A program made the translations under genes and the position numbers. 64,000 bases of DNA from a virus: the IMG/VR virus record IMGVR_UViG_3300050821_007659, positions 7,904 to 71,903 of that record; one strand, written 5' to 3'. Under the pieces are notes generated by a model. The model searched no databases. It worked only from the letters and a program-made list of their open reading frames with translations, and had not been told where the DNA came from. Shown here piece by piece: positions 58,571 through 64,000 of the stretch (its first letter is position 1; every line of letters begins with the position of its first letter).

Positions 58571-59086
58571 ATGACCAACCGCACTTCCTCCACGGGCGCA
58601 ATCGGGGCCAGCGGAGGAAGTGCGCCTGTTATCGCGCTGTTGTGTTTTCTGGCCGGCACGGGGAGCAGCGAATACGCAATAGGCACCGAGTCAACTCGGC
58701 AGCCTTCCTCGAATGACCTCACGCTGCGCGAATACGTCGATGTTCGCTTTGACGCGCAGGAAAAGGCCGTATCGGCTGCGCTCGCCGCCGCCAAGGAAGC
58801 GGTGACCAAGGCGGAATCGGCTTCCGAGAAACGCTTCGAGTCCATTAACGAGTTCCGCGGCACCTTAAGCGATCAGGCCCGCACGTTGATGCCCCGCGCA
58901 GAAGCTGAAGCCCAATTCAAGGTGCTCAATGAAAAGCTGGAGGCGATCAACGCTCGGTTGAGCGCGCGCGAGAACCAAAGTCAAGGTCTGGCGGCTGGAT
59001 GGGGCTACGTCGTGGGATTTGTCGGTGTCGCCACTGCAATTGGCATGGTCTTACTGCAGACACTCAAGCGACGTCCGGGGGCGTGA
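58571..59086 (+). CDS. Coiled-coil protein with a C-terminal TM helix
   Basis: AVTKAESASEKRFESINEFR followed by a hydrophobic C-terminus. Confidence 0.6.
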   Translation: MTNRTSSTGAIGASGGSAPVIALLCFLAGTGSSEYAIGTESTRQPSSNDLTLREYVDVRFDAQEKAVSAALAAAKEAVTKAESASEKRFESINEFRGTLSDQARTLMPRAEAEAQFKVLNEKLEAINARLSARENQSQGLAAGWGYVVGFVGVATAIGMVLLQTLKRRPGA

Positions 59087-59622
59087 TGATCTCCGCCATC
59101 CAACTCCAAGCAATCTGTTCGCACGCGGGGTCACGCATTGCGGACTTCATCCGGCCGCTCAATGACGCGATGAGCCGCTTCTCAATCGTGACGCCACGGC
59201 GACAGGCGGCATTCCTTGCACAGTGTGCTCATGAATCCGTGGAGTTTCGGTTCATGCGGGAACTGGCCTCCGGCGATGCCTATGAGCCGCCCTCTGAGAA
59301 GGCGACAGATCTCGGCAACACGCAGCCCGGGGACGGACGGCGATTCAAGGGCGGTGGGTTGATTCAGATCACCGGGCGCGATAACTACCAACGGTGCGCG
59401 GCGGCGCTCGGCGTGGACCTGGTCAACCATCCGGAAGCGATCGAGGAGCCGGATAATGCCTGCGCGGCCTCGGCCTGGTGGTGGCAGACGCACGGGCTCA
59501 ACGAGCTGGCCGATCAGAACGCCTTCGGCACCATCACACACAGAATCAACGGTGGCTACAACGGTCTCGACCAACGACTTGCTTACTGGCTACTCGCTTT
59601 GCAAGCCACGCAAGCACTATAA
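59086..59622 (+). CDS. Endolysin, glycoside hydrolase family 19
   Basis: AAFLAQCAHES, LGNTQPGDG..FKGGGLIQITGRDNY and INGGYNGLDQR. Confidence 0.92.
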   Translation: MISAIQLQAICSHAGSRIADFIRPLNDAMSRFSIVTPRRQAAFLAQCAHESVEFRFMRELASGDAYEPPSEKATDLGNTQPGDGRRFKGGGLIQITGRDNYQRCAAALGVDLVNHPEAIEEPDNACAASAWWWQTHGLNELADQNAFGTITHRINGGYNGLDQRLAYWLLALQATQAL

Positions 59623-59649
59623 ATCACGTGAACACAGGAGATTACTGAT

Positions 59650-59976
59650 ATGACTACCATTGCAATTGTCGCCGGAAAAGGCGCGCTGGTTCCCGGAGCG
59701 CCACCCACCGGCATCGTTTCCACCAAGGCTGTCGTGACCGATAACAGCGGAGTTGCCCTGTCACCTGTAACGCTGACCGGGGCCGAAACGCCGCCCTGGT
59801 CCGCCACGCTGACGGGCGCTGCCGGTGCGAACGAAGCCTCAGTCACCTTCACCGACCTCGATGTGAACGGCGCGATCATCGGTACGCCCATCACGGTGAC
59901 GGAGAGCGGCAGCGGCGGAGTGATCGGAAACCTTCCCGGCACCGTCGCGGCGGGCAGTTCCATTTCGGTCACCTAA
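59650..59976 (+). CDS. Small beta-rich hypothetical protein
   Basis: AGGAG RBS. Confidence 0.6.
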   Translation: MTTIAIVAGKGALVPGAPPTGIVSTKAVVTDNSGVALSPVTLTGAETPPWSATLTGAAGANEASVTFTDLDVNGAIIGTPITVTESGSGGVIGNLPGTVAAGSSISVT

Positions 59977-59977
59977 C

Positions 59978-60163
59978 GTGGGGTGGCGTGAGGTCGAGCT
60001 GCTCGAGGCAATCCAGCGGAAACTCGAATCCATCGAGAAACTGTTGGGGAGCAGCGCGCAGCGAGAAGAGCGCCTGGTTGGGCTTCTGGAGCAACTCGTC
60101 AGGCTCCAGACGCCCAATCGACCGCCGACGGTGAGTGGAACAATTAGCGTAGGGAAGTCATGA
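59978..60163 (+). CDS. Small coiled-coil protein
   Basis: Coupled ORF. Confidence 0.45.
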   Translation: MGWREVELLEAIQRKLESIEKLLGSSAQREERLVGLLEQLVRLQTPNRPPTVSGTISVGKS

Positions 60164-60552
60164 ATCCGACAGATCGATTAATGGCGATGGCGCAGATCTG
60201 GATCACAATCATCTTCCTGTCGTTCACGTTCGTGATGTTGATGATCTACGAGCTGGGCTGGGCACATCTGACCGAAGCGCAGGACAAGTCCTTTTCCAAC
60301 TCGCTGAACTGGCTGGAAGGTGCCGCGCTCATCCTGATTTACTTCTGGTTCCAACGCACGAGAACGTCAGGAATTCCAGATCCCTCACAGGTCGTGACCC
60401 AGACTCATACGCTGCCGGATGGCACCAAAACTGTCATTACGTCGCCTTCCGCGACAACTCCTGTTCCAACAAGCCAAACGATAGTCCTGCCTATCGCGAA
60501 GGTAGATCCGTCCATCCCTTTAGCTCCAACTCAAAAGGATATCCCCAAATGA
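60160..60552 (+). CDS. Putative holin (two TM helices)
   Basis: Two TM helices and ILIYFWFQR; near the endolysin. Confidence 0.6.
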   Translation: MNPTDRLMAMAQIWITIIFLSFTFVMLMIYELGWAHLTEAQDKSFSNSLNWLEGAALILIYFWFQRTRTSGIPDPSQVVTQTHTLPDGTKTVITSPSATTPVPTSQTIVLPIAKVDPSIPLAPTQKDIPK

Positions 60553-60956
60553 ATGCACTCACCGCCGGCCTGCTCACCCCCGTGGTGGATCTCATCACGG
60601 GCCAGATTATCCACGCCGGCACCAATGGGGATGCGACCAAGATCGTCGCGCGCGCGAATGCCCTATTAGCCATCAATACCGCGATCACTGACATCAACTC
60701 CGGCAACAGCGCGGCCGGCATGACCGCGCTCGGCGCCGCCCTCAGTACGGCCAATCTGCAGCCCGGCGAGGCCATTGCCCTGCAGAACCTGATGAGCGTG
60801 CTTTCAAGCCAGCTTGGACTGCTGCAGACCGTGCTCGGCAGCACCATCCTGGGTCAGTCGCAGACGATGATCCTGAACAACGTGCTGGCGGCGGGCTCTG
60901 CGGTGGCGCAGGCGGAGATTGCGAAATACGGGACGCCTACTGCTGCAGCCAAGTAA
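60549..60956 (+). CDS. Hydrophobic hypothetical protein
   Basis: ATGA-coupled; Ala/Leu-rich. Confidence 0.6.
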   Translation: MNALTAGLLTPVVDLITGQIIHAGTNGDATKIVARANALLAINTAITDINSGNSAAGMTALGAALSTANLQPGEAIALQNLMSVLSSQLGLLQTVLGSTILGQSQTMILNNVLAAGSAVAQAEIAKYGTPTAAAK

Positions 60957-60982
60957 GTCTTTCGTCAGGAGCGGGCTGGAGT

Positions 60983-61017
60983 GGGGGCGGTCATCACGAC
61001 CGCCTCCTTTCTTTTTT
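60983..61017 (+). terminator. Intrinsic terminator
   Basis: GGGGGCGGTC/GACCGCCTCC stem followed by a T-rich tail. Confidence 0.75.
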
Positions 61018-61034
61018 GTGAGGATGACTTCGCA

Positions 61035-61877
61035 ATGACCCCCGACCATACCGCCGATGCGCGCTTAGGGCTCACCGTCCTCTGCGCGTTCGACATGCAC
61101 GCATTGGAGCCGGCTGCTCTTGAGCCGCCGCCCGATCCGCGCCTATCGCCCGACTGGCTGCTGCACGGCTACATCACGGGCGTCGACGCCATCCTGCGCG
61201 CTGAGGCGGCCCTGGAGCTGGGGGGGCAACGTGTGTGCTACGGCCTGCTGCTGGAGGCAGCGGCGAGCCCGGGTGAGTTCGTGGTGGCCATTCGAGGCAC
61301 GGAGGGGCTGCTCGAATGGGCCATCGACGGTGAGTTTGCCCTGTGCCCACATCCATTGGCGGGTAAGGCCGAGGCGGGCTTTTGGTCGCTCTATGAGTCC
61401 ATGAGCTTTCGCTCGCCTGGCGGAAAGGATGTGCCGTTAGCTTCGGGAATTGCTGATGCCGTCGGTGAGGGCATCGTGACGATCGTCGGCCATAGCCTAG
61501 GGTCTGCGCTCGCAACATATCTCACACTTGATCTGACCGAGCGACCCGGGCTGCGTGTACGAGGACGGTTTTTTGCCTCGCCACGCCCAGGAGACGCGGC
61601 GTTCGCGGATCTGTTTGACCGGACGGTGGCGGATTATTGCGCCTATGCATGGCTGCTCGACGCCGTACCCCACGTCCCCTTGGGCCTCGGCTACACGCCG
61701 TTGCACAACCTAGTGGAGATCAGGCCGAGCGGCGCACAGGCACGAATCGGTTTTGGTCTGCAGTGCTCACATCATTTGGTTTGTTATTTGGCCGAGTTGG
61801 ATTACTTACTGCTGGACTGGAAAAACATGCCGCCCATCGATCAGTCGTGCGCGGCATGCATCAAAGGCCCGGCGTAG
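61035..61877 (+). CDS. Class 3 lipase (alpha/beta hydrolase)
   Basis: VAIRGT, VGHSLGSALA, FASPRPGD, DAVPHVP and a C-terminal His. Confidence 0.88.
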   Translation: MTPDHTADARLGLTVLCAFDMHALEPAALEPPPDPRLSPDWLLHGYITGVDAILRAEAALELGGQRVCYGLLLEAAASPGEFVVAIRGTEGLLEWAIDGEFALCPHPLAGKAEAGFWSLYESMSFRSPGGKDVPLASGIADAVGEGIVTIVGHSLGSALATYLTLDLTERPGLRVRGRFFASPRPGDAAFADLFDRTVADYCAYAWLLDAVPHVPLGLGYTPLHNLVEIRPSGAQARIGFGLQCSHHLVCYLAELDYLLLDWKNMPPIDQSCAACIKGPA

Positions 61878-62073
61878 ACGCCTTCTCACTCACCAACCGC
61901 GTCAACTCCTCCATGGCCGCCCGCCTGATCCTCATCTCGAAACCATGCCCCGTAGCTTCAGCGCGCAATCCGGTTGGGACATGCAGCACGCGCACAGTGA
62001 CTTCCCCGCCCCGGATCGCCTGTCGATAGACATCGGTGTGGAGGTTTTGCGGCTCGGTTTCGTCGAGACGCAT
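61861..62073 (-). CDS. Small protein resembling the peptide release factor (RF-1) catalytic domain, with GGE in place of GGQ
   Basis: LHTDVYRQAIRGGEVTVRVLHVPTGLRAEA...RRAAMEELTRLV; TGATG-coupled start. Confidence 0.55.
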   Translation of the reverse strand: MRLDETEPQNLHTDVYRQAIRGGEVTVRVLHVPTGLRAEATGHGFEMRIRRAAMEELTRLVSEKASTPGL

Positions 62074-62363
62074 CAAAACCATTCCGGCAGCTTCGGCCGA
62101 TACTTCATGTCGATGTAACTCGGCCCACCAGCCCAAGTCGCAAGCGTGGTGGATACGTTCACGCGCGCATAGCCCCACTCGGCCGTGGGCGCCGGAAACG
62201 TGATCGGCGTCGGCGATACGCAAACATTGCACCAAGGATGACCGTTCACGCATGTGAAGCCTGCTGGTCCATTGCCATAAAGATAGACTTCCTTTTCGCG
62301 CGCCGGCGCTGCCGGCACGAAGGGCAGAGCGGATAGCCAGCCGAAGAGTTGACGGCGGTTCAT
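62073..62363 (-). CDS. Small protein with a Tat-like signal
   Basis: MNRRQLFGWLSALPFVPAAPA; ATGA-coupled. Confidence 0.5.
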   Translation of the reverse strand: MNRRQLFGWLSALPFVPAAPAREKEVYLYGNGPAGFTCVNGHPWCNVCVSPTPITFPAPTAEWGYARVNVSTTLATWAGGPSYIDMKYRPKLPEWF

Positions 62364-62875
62364 TGGACGGTCCACGTCATTACATCCGCTACGCAGTTGA
62401 TACGCCCATCCGGACAGGCCACCAACGTTACAGCCGGGGGAATCCAGGGCTGCGGCGTACAGGGCATGAGATGCTCCGGCGTGTCGCATGTCTCGCCAAT
62501 CCAAGGCTGTGGTTTACAACCTTCCCCGAAACAGCCGTGCGCGAAGCTCGGCGCCAACTCGGCATCGGCCAGTTCTTGGCCGGCCCTCCAGTCAGATTTG
62601 ATGTTGCCGCCGTCTGAGGATTTCACCGGGCAAACCTTCGTAATCACACCCCAGCAAGCCGCGCCATCCTTGGAGCATGTTAGTTGCCCTTTCTGCATGC
62701 GCACTTCAACCGGATCGCCGCAGTACTCAGTCGCAGTTTCAGCGGCCCTGTGACACCCCACTAAACTCTGCAGCGCGCAGGCGAGGACGAAGCCGGTTTT
62801 GAAGTTGATGTGTTTCACGCTGGCATGTTCACTTTTCGTAAAGAACCCCCGGCCTGCGGCTACGCGGTGAGCCAC
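62360..62875 (-). CDS. Cys-rich putative lipoprotein
   Basis: LVGC lipobox-like motif and many Cys; start uncertain. Confidence 0.5.
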   Translation of the reverse strand: MAHRVAAGRGFFTKSEHASVKHINFKTGFVLACALQSLVGCHRAAETATEYCGDPVEVRMQKGQLTCSKDGAACWGVITKVCPVKSSDGGNIKSDWRAGQELADAELAPSFAHGCFGEGCKPQPWIGETCDTPEHLMPCTPQPWIPPAVTLVACPDGRINCVADVMTWTVQ

Positions 62876-62947
62876 CGGGAGCGCCGGACACCGCGTTCCG
62901 GCTCAAATCTTATCACCCCTCCTCCCTTCACACCCTCCGCTCAAGCG

Positions 62948-63184
62948 CTAACCCTTCCTCCGGCCCTTCAGCTCCACCACATTCGTTGGCAGCAGCTCGT
63001 GCGGCGACAGCCAGCACTGCCGCATATCCGTGTCGTAGCTCCCGCAGCGGCTGCAGCGAAGTCGCCGCTTTCGGCCTCCGCGCGGCCTATCGAATACCGC
63101 CGGATTCAAATCCGCTTTGTGGCCGCAGGCATTGCACCAGCACCGCGCTCGCAGGACGTGGGACATCCGCGGAGCATGCCGCAC
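62948..63184 (-). CDS. Zn-ribbon protein
   Basis: CNACGH...LRCSRCG. Confidence 0.5.
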   Translation of the reverse strand: MRHAPRMSHVLRARCWCNACGHKADLNPAVFDRPRGGRKRRLRCSRCGSYDTDMRQCWLSPHELLPTNVVELKGRRKG

Positions 63185-63236
63185 TGCGGGGCACCCTCAG
63201 CAAATCCTCATCGTGGCTACTGGATGCGCTGGCCTT

Positions 63237-63470
63237 TTATGTTCTGCGCAGTCGCACGCAGATCTGCCTGCTTATGACTGGGAGCGCCATACATCGGCCA
63301 ATCTTCAGCAGGCGCCGATCGTACCGGGCGAACAGCATGCCGCATTTCAGGCGGACTTCGAGTGGAGGGCGTGACCTGCGCATGCGGATGAACCCTACGC
63401 AATTAGTCGAGGTCGGGGTAGGGTGCATTTCTACCGAATTTACCCAGAAATGCATGAGCGCTCTGATCAT
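63237..63470 (-). CDS. Hypothetical protein
   Basis: ATGA-coupled ORF. Confidence 0.4.
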   Translation of the reverse strand: MIRALMHFWVNSVEMHPTPTSTNCVGFIRMRRSRPPLEVRLKCGMLFARYDRRLLKIGRCMALPVISRQICVRLRRT

Positions 63471-63721
63471 CCGCTAGACGGTGGTCGGAAGTACCCAACA
63501 TGCGGTTTCCACTCCCCCATCTGAGCCTTGGTTTTGGGGTCTAGCGCCTCGTAGATCCCGCTGGTGGTATGGTATTCCTCCCGTACGAAATAGCCGAGCC
63601 TATCGGCTTCTGATTTCCATTCTTCCCATGACATCGGCTTGATGTCTGGGGGCTCCCTCGTCGGTCGCGCCTTAAAAGGCTGATCCTCAACACGGTATTC
63701 GCCGATTTTCCAGTCAGCCAT
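63467..63721 (-). CDS. Hypothetical protein
   Basis: GAGG RBS; compact ORF. Confidence 0.55.
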   Translation of the reverse strand: MADWKIGEYRVEDQPFKARPTREPPDIKPMSWEEWKSEADRLGYFVREEYHTTSGIYEALDPKTKAQMGEWKPHVGYFRPPSSG

Positions 63722-64000
63722 GAGACGTCATCCTCGACGCAGAGCGGCTCGATAGAGCTTCGAGTTCTGTAGCAACTTCGTCGCTCGTTCGATTATTTCA
63801 TCCACGCTTTCAGGCGTGAGCGGATCATCGCCGATAGTCAATTCCTCGCACGCTTGCGCATCCATTTTGATTGCGCGTCTCAGATCTTCATTGTTCATTG
63901 TTGGTTCTCACATGTGCTCTGCAAGCGCGCGTGCGACCATGACGCGATTCTCGCGGCTCAGGTTGTAATCCACTTCCACTTTGTCCAAAGCCACGGAATA

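Noticed and set aside
1-64000. tRNA genes, CRISPR array, diversity-generating retroelement, att core
   Set aside because: By eye I found no cloverleaf, repeat-spacer array, reverse transcriptase or TR/VR pair. The att site probably lies beyond the truncated integrase. tRNAscan-SE and a self dot-plot would confirm.

Overview
Nearly complete temperate, contractile-tailed phage or prophage of a GC-rich, probably proteobacterial host. Left to right: lambda-type integrase (running off the left edge) and excisionase; a leftward early arm with an orphan ECF sigma factor, YqaJ exonuclease with a putative annealing protein, and an HNH endonuclease; a cI/cro switch with five 14-bp operators; replication, resolvase and Q-like genes; terS/terL; an ~11 kb accessory fibre/carbohydrate-binding block between terL and the portal; head, neck, tail, baseplate and fibre genes; a GH19 lysis region; a class 3 lipase; and small leftward genes. 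The main finding is the gene at 22728-23841, which is split into four exons. Two interruptions are complete group I introns (23252-23507 and 23524-23796). The third (23178-23228) is a 51-nt mini-intron with a correct internal guide sequence (P1 with U-G wobble, plus P10), a GNRA-capped P2 and a terminal G, but no catalytic core. The neighbouring intron has a core but no P2, which suggests that one ribozyme core removes two introns. A free-standing HNH gene with its own promoter lies directly downstream. All calls come from reading the sequence by eye; no searches or folding programs were run.
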